Shown one piece after another: positions 28,173 through 37,446 of a stretch of DNA of 64,000 bases (positions are counted from its first letter, which is position 1; every line of letters begins with the position of its first letter). The stretch covers positions 1 to 64,000 of the IMG/VR virus record IMGVR_UViG_3300028832_000127. One strand, written 5' to 3'. The stretch is from a virus (lineage: Duplodnaviria > Caudoviricetes). Below the pieces are notes generated by a model, which made no database searches, was not told the DNA's origin, and saw nothing but the letters and a program-made list of their open reading frames with translations. The translations under genes were made by a program, and so were the position numbers.

Positions 28173-28925
28173 TTATACATAGTCACGGATGTCCTTGCCG
28201 CTCTCTTTTACTTTCTCAAAAAATTTTATGACAAGTGCGGTCTTGCTTTTTATGACCGCATGCAACTTGGCAATGTCGGTGTCGGCAACGCCAATTGTGA
28301 CAATCCCCTTCCTACTTCTCGCTGCCACCCTGCTGCATTCACTCTTGAAGTGATAGGCAAAAAGTCTGTTTTTTTCCTCGTCGGTGGGCTTAATCGCCTT
28401 GATAGCGATTAGGTAGTCATAGGACATGCCGTGGAAGTCTAAGAACTCGCCTTTTTTAAGCCATGATTGGTAACTCATGTAAATAAGTTTGCGCCGTTGC
28501 TCGTTGTCCTCCGCCTCGGTCACGGTCGCTTTCTGCGGAAGTGCTGCTACGGCTGCGGCTTTTTTTGCGTTGTTTTGCGCAGCTATGCGGTCGGGGTCGG
28601 TAATGTAGGCGTTGAGCCAGTCCACGATGGCGCACACCGACACGCTGTAAACTTCGCCGTACTTGCCCAGCACACCGTCACCGATTGCCTTTTTGATGTC
28701 ATACGGCGTAAGGGAGCGAAATTGCTGGTTTATGATTTGGCGGAGGTCTGTGCAGACCATATCCAGCGTTCTCGGTTCTATGGACTGCCCCTTGCGGAAG
28801 TATGCGAGGGAGACAGCCTGTCGGAGGTCGTCGTTAGAAATTGCCGATTGCGGCAAGGTATTGGGTTGCTGCGTCGGTTGTGTCGCCACCGCTTGTGTTG
28901 TCTGTGGTTCCATTTTGTTGTTCAT
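28173..28925 (-). CDS. Hypothetical protein, possibly a replication partner of the initiator
   Basis: Overlaps the 3' end of the initiator gene; 250 aa. Confidence 0.6.
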   Translation of the reverse strand: MNNKMEPQTTQAVATQPTQQPNTLPQSAISNDDLRQAVSLAYFRKGQSIEPRTLDMVCTDLRQIINQQFRSLTPYDIKKAIGDGVLGKYGEVYSVSVCAIVDWLNAYITDPDRIAAQNNAKKAAAVAALPQKATVTEAEDNEQRRKLIYMSYQSWLKKGEFLDFHGMSYDYLIAIKAIKPTDEEKNRLFAYHFKSECSRVAARSRKGIVTIGVADTDIAKLHAVIKSKTALVIKFFEKVKESGKDIRDYV

Positions 28926-29916
28926 AAATTTGCGTTAATGTTTCGTATGCTGCGAGTGCCGCCCCTGCGCCTGAGAGTTTGGCGGGTCTTGGCTGCATTG
29001 GTGCGCGTTCTCGGTTGTACTTGCCTTCTAAGACCTTGACGAAGTTTTCGGGTCTGAAAAGCCAGTTGAAGTCGGCGAGGAAGTTTTCGGATGTCTCGGC
29101 GTTCAGGAACTTGGACTTTGCGGCGTTCTCGATTACCGTGGCGATTGCGTTCTTGCCGTGTTCTCTTGCCCTTGCCGCCACCGCTTGTTGCCGTTTGCCC
29201 GTGATGGAGGTGATTTGGTGTATTCCGCGTCCCTGCATCGTGTTGTTGAAAAAATCTTTGAGGGCGTCGAAGTCGATGGCGTCGTCTTTTTTTCTTTTGG
29301 CGCAACTTTTCTTTTTTTCTGCGTCGGCGGTCGGGGGTATAAGTGTGAGGGTGTCCGCGTCCTCGTTTTTCGGCTCGTTTTCGGGAATGTCGGTGGGGGT
29401 GTCCCCTTGCGCCGTCGTCCCCGACGACAAAGGTGCGTTAGCACCTAAATTTTGATATATATTTTTTTGTTTTTTGTTTATTGTTATATTGTTTATTGTT
29501 ACGTTGTTGTCAGTCGGCGTGTCACTTGGCGTGTCGGTCGGCGTGTCAGTCTGTATGTCACTTGGCGTGTCGGTCTGCGTGTCGCTTTCCGTTTTTTGAT
29601 TTTGGTAAGCATCATAATTACAGATAGTTATGATACTATTTTTGTTTGTCGCTTTTATCGAAATTTCACCCGTTTTTTCGAGGTGTGAAAGGACGGTTCT
29701 GACGGCACGAATTGTAAGCCCTGTGTCGGAACAAATGGTGCTTAAACTCGTTATCAACTGACCGCGTTTTACGTCATATTTTGCTTGCCATTTTTTGTCC
29801 CCCGTGTTGGCGTTGAACACAAGATAGACAAACACCTTGAAGATGTCGGAATTGGATTTGAACCACTCCCAATTCTGCATTTTCCGATGAAGGCATATCC
29901 AACCGTTGACTAACAT
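28834..29916 (-). CDS. Phage replication initiator (lambda O/DnaD-like)
   Basis: GWICLHRK...RGQLITSL wHTH...SIITICNYD and C-terminal ADFNWLFRPENFVKVLEGKY; internal iteron-like repeats. Confidence 0.85.
   Translation of the reverse strand: MLVNGWICLHRKMQNWEWFKSNSDIFKVFVYLVFNANTGDKKWQAKYDVKRGQLITSLSTICSDTGLTIRAVRTVLSHLEKTGEISIKATNKNSIITICNYDAYQNQKTESDTQTDTPSDIQTDTPTDTPSDTPTDNNVTINNITINKKQKNIYQNLGANAPLSSGTTAQGDTPTDIPENEPKNEDADTLTLIPPTADAEKKKSCAKRKKDDAIDFDALKDFFNNTMQGRGIHQITSITGKRQQAVAARAREHGKNAIATVIENAAKSKFLNAETSENFLADFNWLFRPENFVKVLEGKYNRERAPMQPRPAKLSGAGAALAAYETLTQIYEQQNGTTDNTSGGDTTDAATQYLAAIGNF
29513..29584. repeat. Six tandem 12 bp repeats (putative iterons/origin)
   Basis: gtcggcgtgtca, cttggcgtgtcg, gtcggcgtgtca, gtctgtatgtca, cttggcgtgtcg, gtctgcgtgtcg next to an AT-rich tract at 29455-29500. 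Confidence 0.75.
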
Positions 29917-29921
29917 TTTTT

Positions 29922-30161
29922 TTAGTATTTTTCGTTAGCGATTGCCACCAACTCCGCATTTGTCGCCTGACGATTGCGGAACAGGTAGTCCATTATCTCC
30001 GACGGCTTGAAAAACACGGTCTTGCCGCCGTCGGGCTTGTAGCAAGGAATCTGCCGCAGGCTTATCTTGTTGTAGATGGTTTTTTTTGTCCACCCCGTCA
30101 CTGACATAAGGTCGGCGACCGTCCATACTACTTTCGTGTGTATTTCCTCTGTCCTGCCCAT
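29922..30161 (-). CDS. Excisionase-like HTH protein
   Basis: WTVADL...WTKKTIYNK...IPCYKPDGGKTVFFKPSEI. Confidence 0.8.
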   Translation of the reverse strand: MGRTEEIHTKVVWTVADLMSVTGWTKKTIYNKISLRQIPCYKPDGGKTVFFKPSEIMDYLFRNRQATNAELVAIANEKY

Positions 30162-30418
30162 AATCCCAGTTTTTTAATGATGTTGATTACGCCTTGGGGT
30201 GTTTGCACGCCGTCGGCAAGGCGTGTTTCTGTCTTTGCAACATATTCCGCTATGCGGGAGGGGCGGAGCGTCGGGTATTGTGCGCGCAATTCGAGGAATT
30301 TTGTTTTTATGCGCTCCCTGCGTTTCTCCGTTGCGATTTCGCGCCTTGTCTTGATGTCGTCGGGGATTGCCATGCCGATGCTGTCAGGCGTGGGTGTTTG
30401 GTTGGTTTTTTCGTCCAT
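30128..30418 (-). CDS. Small basic DNA-binding-like protein
   Basis: 96 aa; first gene of the leftward replication operon. Confidence 0.55.
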   Translation of the reverse strand: MDEKTNQTPTPDSIGMAIPDDIKTRREIATEKRRERIKTKFLELRAQYPTLRPSRIAEYVAKTETRLADGVQTPQGVINIIKKLGLWAGQRKYTRK

Positions 30419-30788
30419 TTTTCTGTCTGTTTTTTATGTTATTGTAATATTTTACCTATGACTATTAATGCCGCGCCGATTACCACTAAAACAAGGGCAA
30501 GACGTGTTGGTTTTTCGTCCACCACGGTCGCGGGCGAGGGCAGCAACATACCCCCACCGAATAGGGCGAGGGCGATGCCGCCAAATTGGAGAAGTGCCGC
30601 TATCATTTGTCGCCTCCGTCTTTTACGTCCATAATGCCGCAGCAAAGAATGATGCTGCAAATTATAAAGCCGTACAACCAAAATTGGTTTATGTAGGGCG
30701 ATGCGTCGATTGGCAGGTTGATGAGTTTGTAGCCGAGGGCGAGCGTGCCGATGCCGCCAAAAATCAATTTTTTCATATTCAGATAGTT

Positions 30789-31226
30789 TTAAGCGTTAAT
30801 AAATTTTTTGTAGGGGTATGCTTTACGGTCGAACACTATGCTGTCAGTGTCGGCAGTGTACCTGATGCCGTGGCGTGTGCCGTCCGCGCCGATTTGCATA
30901 GAAAAAAACTCGTCCGCGTGTGCCTTGCAGAACTGCGCCACCTCCGTCCGCGTGTTGCAAAATTCAGAGCGTTTGTCGTTGTCGAGGTAGAACTTGAAAG
31001 GGTCGGTGTGGTATTTCGCCTCAATTTTTTTGCATGTGAAACACTTTAACTCGTTGTCTCGATTGAATTTAAAACTAAATTCGTAGCGATTGCCCTTGTC
31101 GTCGAAAATGTCGTCAAAATCACGGGAGAGATTAACGGCATTGTGGCGGTAGTTGTTTAGGCAAAATTGAAACAAATGAGCCACCAAACCCGTCTGCGTG
31201 TATTCTTTGTTGTTGTGCCTGTACAT
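30789..31226 (-). CDS. Hypothetical protein
   Basis: Start moved to MYRHNNK, downstream of the ERF-like gene. Confidence 0.55.
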   Translation of the reverse strand: MYRHNNKEYTQTGLVAHLFQFCLNNYRHNAVNLSRDFDDIFDDKGNRYEFSFKFNRDNELKCFTCKKIEAKYHTDPFKFYLDNDKRSEFCNTRTEVAQFCKAHADEFFSMQIGADGTRHGIRYTADTDSIVFDRKAYPYKKFINA

Positions 31227-31290
31227 GATAGCGATTTTTTTAACGGTGGTGGGGGCGGTTGTGGATGTCCCCACCACCGTGGTGATTGTG

Positions 31291-31977
31291 TTACAAGTTG
31301 AGCAACTGCATTTGCGCAATGTCGTCCATGTATCGTGGGTCGTTGCTAAAATTCTGCACGATGTAGTCGTACCACGCCTTCGCATTGTCCGTCTTTTTCT
31401 CGTTGTAAAAGGCGTACAACTTGTTTTTTGCCGTGGCAAAGTCGTACTTAGGCTGTGCAGGGGCAGCGGTCGGTGCTGATGCAGGGGCGGCTTGTTGTGT
31501 CTTTTTGCCGCCGTTGCCGTTGGAGAAGGTAGCGTCAGGGTCGAGTTCGGTTTGCAGACCGAGTGCCATGCCGAGCAGATAACGCTGTGCGTAGGTTATC
31601 GTTGAGCCGTCGGATTTGATGGCTTCGGGATTGTTTGCGAGCCGAAACGGGTACATAAGCGGCTCGGTGCGCTCCCCCGTCACGGTGTCCACGAAATTAA
31701 GCGCAAATACGCGAAAATTCGAGGCGAGGAGCGGCAGGGTGTGTTCGTTCAAAACCGCCGTGATTTCGTAATCGAGTTGGTTCTCCGCAAGGATGGGTGT
31801 CACCACTTTGAGGATGGCGGTGAGGGAGGCGTAGTTGATTTTTTTGCCGCCACCGACTATTGCGTCGCTGTCCTTGCCTATCACCCCCACCGCGTTCTTT
31901 ACGGCGAGGATTTTGGCGGCGAGCGACGGCGTGGTGGTCGTCGCTGCCGCAGGTGCCTGTGTTTCTTTTGTTGCCAT
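31291..31977 (-). CDS. ERF family single-strand annealing protein
   Basis: KINYASL...GSTITYAQRYLL...ELDPDA signature. Confidence 0.88.
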   Translation of the reverse strand: MATKETQAPAAATTTTPSLAAKILAVKNAVGVIGKDSDAIVGGGKKINYASLTAILKVVTPILAENQLDYEITAVLNEHTLPLLASNFRVFALNFVDTVTGERTEPLMYPFRLANNPEAIKSDGSTITYAQRYLLGMALGLQTELDPDATFSNGNGGKKTQQAAPASAPTAAPAQPKYDFATAKNKLYAFYNEKKTDNAKAWYDYIVQNFSNDPRYMDDIAQMQLLNL

Positions 31978-32146
31978 ATTCGTAAAGTGTTAAAGTGTTT
32001 AACTTCAAAAAAATTGCCCCTTCTTGCGTCACGGGCGGGGCGTGACCTGTGCCGCTGCACATCAATCCGTCAGGGTGGAGAGTATGCGGTGCAACCAGTC
32101 CCCCGATTAGAGTTTTTTGCGTGGTTCTAATACGACTCCCACATTT

Positions 32147-32257
32147 TTTTTGTGAATTAAAATTTTGGTCTTATCTTTGCACCTTATTATTAAAAGTGTT
32201 TTAATATTTCTTTTAATTCACTTTGCAAATGTATAAACTTTATACGTAACCTACAAA
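32147..32257. promoter_or_regulatory. Face-to-face promoter pair with palindromic operator
   Basis: Rightward -7 TATCTTTG 32172-32179; leftward -7 TACATTTG 32233-32226 with -33 at 32257-32254; GTATAAA-C-TTTATAC at 32231-32245. Confidence 0.7.
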
Positions 32258-32311
32258 TTTTTGTTTAGGTTTTTTAGTTAATTAATGTTAATTACCTATA
32301 AAACGTTTATT

Positions 32312-32770
32312 ATGAATAAGTTAGAACGAATAAAAAAGGCTGTAAAAATGGCTGTTGCGCTTGGTTATGGCAAAAATCAGGCAGAAATAGGGCGATTGTT
32401 AGGATATAACAACGGCGCGGCGTTTTCGCACGTCCTAAATGGCGTTGACAAAATGCCTACTAATTTTATAGATAAATTACAAAGTGTTTTACCTACACTA
32501 AATATAGAATGGATTGAGACTGGGCAGGGCGAGATTTTCAAAGACAAGGCGATACCGCAAAAAACACCCCCCGCCATCCATTCCGCTGGCGACGTGGCAA
32601 TGTTCAATTCGCAGATTAACCACGACAACCTTGCCGCCACGCTGCAACGCCTGACCGACGAGATAGCCGAGCAACGCCGGACATACACGGAACTATTAGC
32701 CGCAAAAGACGAACAAATCGCCAAAAAAGACACGCAGATTGACCAACTTTTAAAAATCATATCAAAATGA
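32312..32770 (+). CDS. CI-like XRE HTH repressor
   Basis: NQAEIGRLLGY...FSHVLNG...IEWIETGQGEIF plus C-terminal coiled coil. Confidence 0.8.
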   Translation: MNKLERIKKAVKMAVALGYGKNQAEIGRLLGYNNGAAFSHVLNGVDKMPTNFIDKLQSVLPTLNIEWIETGQGEIFKDKAIPQKTPPAIHSAGDVAMFNSQINHDNLAATLQRLTDEIAEQRRTYTELLAAKDEQIAKKDTQIDQLLKIISK

Positions 32771-33165
32771 CACTGAAAGACCGCATCAACAAGATAATAG
32801 ACCTCAAATCCAACGGAAACACCACGCACTTCGCAAAATTGACGGGGTGGTCGTGCGAGACCGTCCGCAACGTCAGACGCGCAGGAACAAACAACGTTAC
32901 TCTGATAACAGACTTGCTCCGCGCAGTGCCTGAAATTTCCGCGCGTTGGCTGCTGCTTGGAGAGGGCGAGATGCTCCGACCCTTCGGTCTTGCCTACGCC
33001 GAGGGCGAGTTCCTTAAAAGGCTTGCGCGCCTTGCCGACATAGCAACCCTTGTGCCGCGCATGGACGCCGCGCAGTTGCGTAAGTTTCAGGTAGCCGTAG
33101 CGCAGGGCAACTTCCCCGACTTCACGCCTGACGAAATCGCCGCCCTGAAAGATAACAAGCGATGA
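32767..33165 (+). CDS. Second XRE-like HTH regulator
   Basis: FAKLTGWS...PEISARWLLLGEGEML. Confidence 0.75.
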   Translation: MTLKDRINKIIDLKSNGNTTHFAKLTGWSCETVRNVRRAGTNNVTLITDLLRAVPEISARWLLLGEGEMLRPFGLAYAEGEFLKRLARLADIATLVPRMDAAQLRKFQVAVAQGNFPDFTPDEIAALKDNKR

Positions 33166-33337
33166 GGCGAGGGTGTGGGGATAGGAAACAAAAACGGCGG
33201 ACATTTCACAACGCCGCCGAAAAAATCGCTTCTTTAATGTAGCAAGAAACACATCTTAACACTTAATACTCTAAAAATCTATCCTTCCCTACTGAAAAAT
33301 GAAAATGAAAAACTTTAACGATGCAAAAATACACAAT

Positions 33338-33724
33338 TTATTTGAATTTGCAAACATATTCCACCTTGTCTATCTCCATAAGCCAAAACCTAATGAGGTT
33401 GTAGAATTGGGGGAAATTGCGGCAAATGACGTATTTGTAGCCTTGTTGCTCCACCGCTGCCTGCCATTCCTTTTGATGCTCCGACTGAACCCCGTCTTTT
33501 GTTTTCATTTCGATACACAGACCGTGGTAGCCTCGGCTCGGGTACAGGAACAACAAGTCGGACACGCCCGCCACAATGCCCTCTTTGGTCATTATAACCG
33601 CCGTTATGCGGTCTCTCTTGCCCCCATTCGGCACGGAAAAAAGGAGTGGTCGCAGGTCTTTGTATTGCAGCCTGAACCACTCCACACACTTCTGCTGGAT
33701 ATGGCTTTCTAAGTATCTTGGCAT
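33338..33724 (-). CDS. VRR-NUC domain nuclease
   Basis: ESHIQ...VPNGG...GVSDL...IEMK...QSEHQKEW PD-(D/E)xK pattern. Confidence 0.9.
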   Translation of the reverse strand: MPRYLESHIQQKCVEWFRLQYKDLRPLLFSVPNGGKRDRITAVIMTKEGIVAGVSDLLFLYPSRGYHGLCIEMKTKDGVQSEHQKEWQAAVEQQGYKYVICRNFPQFYNLIRFWLMEIDKVEYVCKFK

Positions 33725-33834
33725 AATTCCTTTCTTTACGGCTGCAAAGATATATATTAAATTTTGATTATGCAAAACATTTTCAAACTTTTTTTTGCAT
33801 ATTTTTCTTCGACTTAGACCGCCTCATCAGTCAG

Positions 33835-34899
33835 TCAGATTAACTGCGGTATCTTTCCGACCGCCTCGCGTTTTGACTTGTCCACAACCTTTGCATAAAT
33901 CATCGTCGTGGCGAGCGACTTATGCCCCAACAGCTTCTGTATCGTCGCAATGTTTACATCAAGTTCTAACATCATAACCGCGAATGTGTGCCTTGCGGTG
34001 TGGAACGTTACGTGCTTGCCCGTGATGCCCGCCGCCGCCGCCCAATCCGACAGATAGTCATTCGGGCGTGTCCGCATCTTGAAAACCTTGTCCGCGTCCC
34101 CCCTGCGCTCCCCCATGAGTTCCACAGCCTGCGGCGTGATGTCGAGCCATTCGCGCTTCTTTGTCTTGTGCTGCCTGAACATAATGCGCGTTATCCCGCC
34201 CTCGCCCATCTGCACGTTGCCCCACGTCAGGGCGTTGATGTCGATGCAGCGCAGCCCCGTCAGGCAGGAGAACAGGAATGCCCGCTTGACCACCTCGGCA
34301 CGGCACGGCGCGGCTGCAAGTCTGCGCACCTCGTCCATAGTCAGGTACTCGCGCTCGGTGTCCGTGAGCGCAAAGCACTTTACCGCCGCCACCGTTTCAA
34401 GCCTCATCTTGCCCTCTTTCACTGCCTTAAAAAGCGCGGTTCGGAGTTTGGCGAAATAGATTGCCTTCGTGTTCCGTGCAATGGGCAGTGCGCCGATGTA
34501 GTCCTTTATGTCCGACAGGGTGTCCGCGCCTATGTTCGCAAGCCTCTTGCCGCCGTACTTCTTCGCGATGGTGTTTATCAGTGTGCGCAATATCTCCGTC
34601 CTCTTGCCCTGCGTCTTCAATTCCTCTCTGTACGCCCTGAGATAGCCATCGAGCGTGGTCTTGTCGTCCGTGGACAAGTCATACCGCCGCCGCTCCACCT
34701 CAACGGTGCGCTGCGACCTGATTATTTCCGCGAGCCTCATCGTCTCCGCGTTCTTCTGCCTGTCCGCCCTTGTCCGCTCAGGGACGAGGTAGAGTTTGAG
34801 GAACTCATAGCACCGCTCGCCGTCTGCGTAGATGTCGAGATATAAGGAGCGCGAGCCGTCCTTCAACTTTTTTTCTCTAAGCCTAACCTTGTCTTTCAT
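33835..34899 (-). CDS. int: Tyrosine integrase (Bacteroidetes type)
   Basis: Arm-binding SLYLDIY; catalytic TGLR, QHKT, HTARH, LGH and IYA. Confidence 0.95.
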   Translation of the reverse strand: MKDKVRLREKKLKDGSRSLYLDIYADGERCYEFLKLYLVPERTRADRQKNAETMRLAEIIRSQRTVEVERRRYDLSTDDKTTLDGYLRAYREELKTQGKRTEILRTLINTIAKKYGGKRLANIGADTLSDIKDYIGALPIARNTKAIYFAKLRTALFKAVKEGKMRLETVAAVKCFALTDTEREYLTMDEVRRLAAAPCRAEVVKRAFLFSCLTGLRCIDINALTWGNVQMGEGGITRIMFRQHKTKKREWLDITPQAVELMGERRGDADKVFKMRTRPNDYLSDWAAAAGITGKHVTFHTARHTFAVMMLELDVNIATIQKLLGHKSLATTMIYAKVVDKSKREAVGKIPQLI

Positions 34900-35286
34900 T
34901 TTCTGTTTCAATTTCTGTTTTAAAAATTGTAGATTTTCGGGTAACAAAGGAATAACAAAAATTTTAGAAAAAAAAGGAAAATAGGGGAAAAATAAGGAAT
35001 AAAGCAAAATTAACTGCAAGAGCCTAAAAAGGCGTTTTATTCCCTTTGTATGTCGTTTTGTTCCCGATTGTCTGAACGAAACAAAATTTATAATAAAAAT
35101 TGTGCTTTTATTGCAACTATCTATACATCAACATATTACAACAATCAATTTTTTGTCAGTAACAAGGGGGAAACAAAACGGCTTGCGCTATCTAACATTA
35201 ATTACGACAAAAAAAAATATGAATTTTGTTTGCAAAATCAAAAGTTTTTTTGTATATTTGCGGAAACAATTTAACACAAAAGTTAT

Positions 35287-35670
35287 ATGGAGCAAGATAA
35301 ATTACAATCTGCAATAGCCTATTTCCACGGTCAGGCGGAAATATCACCATTCGCCGCCGAGGTGGAGGGGTATCTGCAAGAGTTGCACGACCTCAAATTC
35401 GGCGACAAAAAGCCGTTGAAAGTGTATAAGTTCGTTGGTGATGACGATATACGATGTGGCGACGGTCTTGCAATCGTCGCTGCGGAAAACGACAGCCAAG
35501 CGTGCAGACTGATGGATGATGCGGCAAAGGGCGACATCACCGACGCGGACGACAACGACATCCAACATCTTATCAGTACATTAGATACGATTAATCCTAT
35601 TGAAATTCCGTGCCTGTCAGCGTCGTTGTCAGAGCCGACAATCATTGCTATACGCGCATACGAGGAATAA
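35287..35670 (+). CDS. Acidic hypothetical protein
   Basis: 127 aa; promoter TTTG...TATATTTG upstream. Confidence 0.7.
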   Translation: MEQDKLQSAIAYFHGQAEISPFAAEVEGYLQELHDLKFGDKKPLKVYKFVGDDDIRCGDGLAIVAAENDSQACRLMDDAAKGDITDADDNDIQHLISTLDTINPIEIPCLSASLSEPTIIAIRAYEE

Positions 35671-35673
35671 AAA

Positions 35674-35877
35674 ATGAAGGTATATATTATGTCGGCGACA
35701 GAAAAATATTATGGCAATATGTTCATCGCCGCTGAAACCGAGGAACAGGCACGAGGTCTAACGAACAAAGGCAAGGGGGTATTCTCCGACGATAGGATAG
35801 TCGTAGAAGAACCTATGCTGTCGGCAAACGTGGACACGCCGCGAATTATAGCTGATTTGATGTTTGTCCGTCAATAA
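35674..35877 (+). CDS. Small protein resembling the C-terminal half of the preceding gene
   Basis: KVY...IAAE...QARGL...LSA...PRII parallels KVY...VAAE...QACRL...LSA...PTII in 35287-35670. Confidence 0.6.
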   Translation: MKVYIMSATEKYYGNMFIAAETEEQARGLTNKGKGVFSDDRIVVEEPMLSANVDTPRIIADLMFVRQ

Positions 35878-35987
35878 TAATCCTTGCAACTTTTTTGCTA
35901 CATTTGCGGAAACAGACAACAGCATCGGAAGAACCGTTGGTAAAACCTTTTGGTTAACTCCTTTTCAAATCGGGACACGTAGAGTGA

Positions 35988-36073
35988 GGGAACGTTATTC
36001 GAGTTCGAGTAAACGAGACCCGCATTCGCACCGTTATTCGTGTTACCCCCAAACAACAGACCGCGAAGGGACG
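35988..36073 (-). repeat. DGR template repeat (TR), 3'-truncated
   Basis: 86 bp, 79/86 identical to 36218-36303; 6 of 7 mismatches are at TR adenines in AAT/AAC/TAC codons. Confidence 0.92.
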
Positions 36074-36117
36074 GCGTCGCCGCCCGACCAACCCTGTTAA
36101 CTATATTTTACATTTTG

Positions 36118-36134
36118 CGCCCCTTCCGAGGGCG
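36118..36134 (-). promoter_or_regulatory. GC hairpin downstream of VR (candidate DGR homing hairpin)
   Basis: CGCCCTC-GGAA-GGGGCG, 35 nt after the target stop codon. Confidence 0.45.
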
Positions 36135-36169
36135 TGGACGGTCGCCGCCTTTGGGCTGGCTCCGACGCT

Positions 36170-36303
36170 TTACGCGACAAAGCAGAGACGCGAGCCGACA
36201 GCCGGATTCGTATACGTGGGAACGTGATGCGAATTCGAGGAAACGAGACCCGCAGTCGCACCGTTAAGCGTGTTACCCCCAAACAACAGACCGCGAAGGG
36301 ACG
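36170..36303 (-). repeat. DGR variable repeat (VR) at the 3' end of the target gene
   Basis: Encodes SLRGLLFGGNTLNGATAGLVSSNSHHVP...GSRLCFVA. Confidence 0.9.
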
Positions 36304-37435
36304 TACTATCTATATTAACGTAATGATAGTCGTGATAGTATGTGTCCGCGCTGCCACCGACTTTTTTTGCCGTGATGTCGCCGTACTGCCCAAAGTGGAT
36401 TTCCTTGACGTAACCGTTGCTTCTTGCTTCGTTGCCGACGGAGCGGTAGTTTGAATAAGAAGTTGAGGAAAACAGCGAGGGACGGCTGCAAGCATAGACC
36501 GCGCTTGTGCCGCTTGTCCCCGACACTACGTTGACAAGTACGCCGTCCGTCCACTTCCAAATGTGTCCAAACGGGTTTTCTATGCCACGGTAACGAGGCA
36601 CGGACACAGTTACAAGGGTGCTGTTGTTTGCGTCCTTGACGGCGAGGGATTTTACGCCTGTGCCGTTGCCGAGTTCGTCGGTGTAGCCGCAGGGGACGAT
36701 GGGATAACGACCGTTGTAATTATTCCACGATGTGTCGTTCCAATCTGTTACGCCCGCGCCGAGACCGCCTTGGTGGTAGCCGTTTGCGTCCAAATTAGCG
36801 TTAAATGCCGCCTGTGAATTGAACGTGCAATACTCGACCGCGAAGAGCCAAAACAGCCACTTGTGCGCGTCGTACACATTGCAGTTCCACCGCGTGTCGC
36901 CGTTATTTCGGTTGCGTGCGTAGGTGCGAAAGTTGGTAAGGCTGATGCTTGTTGCGGGCATACCGAGTTGGCTGCGGTACGTGCCGTCCCACGCGGATTG
37001 ATTGTTTCCGCCACGGTAGTCTGCGGTGGTGTTGACGATGCTGCAAAGTTTGTTTGTGGAGCGTTGGAGCGATGCTTCGTATGCGCCGACGTAGTAGCGC
37101 GGAATGTGGGTGAAGCCCGACCGAGGTGTCGCCGAGAGCCAAACGCGGTTGATTGTGTTCGATGCGCGTGTGCCGTCGAACTTTATCCAATGTTCTGGGA
37201 CGCGCACCATCACCTGTCCGAGCGAGCCGTCCCTTGTCGCCGAAGTCCAGTCGTCGTAGGGAAGCTCCATAACCTCGTTGCCGAGGTCGTCGAGGATAAC
37301 GCCTTTCATCTCCGACTGCACTGGTAGCAATCGGTGCGCGTCCTTGTCGCCGATGCGGTGCATCACGTCGTTCACCGTGTCGAAGTCGATGCCGTAGGGG
37401 GCGAGTTTTTCATATATTTTACGTCCTGTTATCAT
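36170..37435 (-). CDS. DGR target protein, C-type-lectin-fold (Mtd-like) putative receptor-binding protein
   Basis: C-terminal VR, YVGAYEA and YRGIENPFGHIWKW motifs; last gene of the tail-fibre operon. Confidence 0.85.
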   Translation of the reverse strand: MITGRKIYEKLAPYGIDFDTVNDVMHRIGDKDAHRLLPVQSEMKGVILDDLGNEVMELPYDDWTSATRDGSLGQVMVRVPEHWIKFDGTRASNTINRVWLSATPRSGFTHIPRYYVGAYEASLQRSTNKLCSIVNTTADYRGGNNQSAWDGTYRSQLGMPATSISLTNFRTYARNRNNGDTRWNCNVYDAHKWLFWLFAVEYCTFNSQAAFNANLDANGYHQGGLGAGVTDWNDTSWNNYNGRYPIVPCGYTDELGNGTGVKSLAVKDANNSTLVTVSVPRYRGIENPFGHIWKWTDGVLVNVVSGTSGTSAVYACSRPSLFSSTSYSNYRSVGNEARSNGYVKEIHFGQYGDITAKKVGGSADTYYHDYHYVNIDSTSLRGLLFGGNTLNGATAGLVSSNSHHVPTYTNPAVGSRLCFVA

Positions 37436-37446
37436 AGTGTAATGTT

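Noticed and set aside
32020-32130. Structured RNA upstream of the ERF gene
   Set aside because: Only one convincing 6 bp hairpin (GTCACG/CGTGAC); not enough to call an ncRNA.
34900-35280. attP site beside the integrase
   Set aside because: The AT-rich gap is a plausible location, but no core or arm repeats could be identified without the host attB sequence.
35880-35987. Remnant C-terminus of the DGR reverse transcriptase
   Set aside because: The minus-strand frame continuing from the TR (SLYVSRFEKELTKRF...) shows no RT motif, and its weak similarity to the VR tail has the wrong mismatch polarity.
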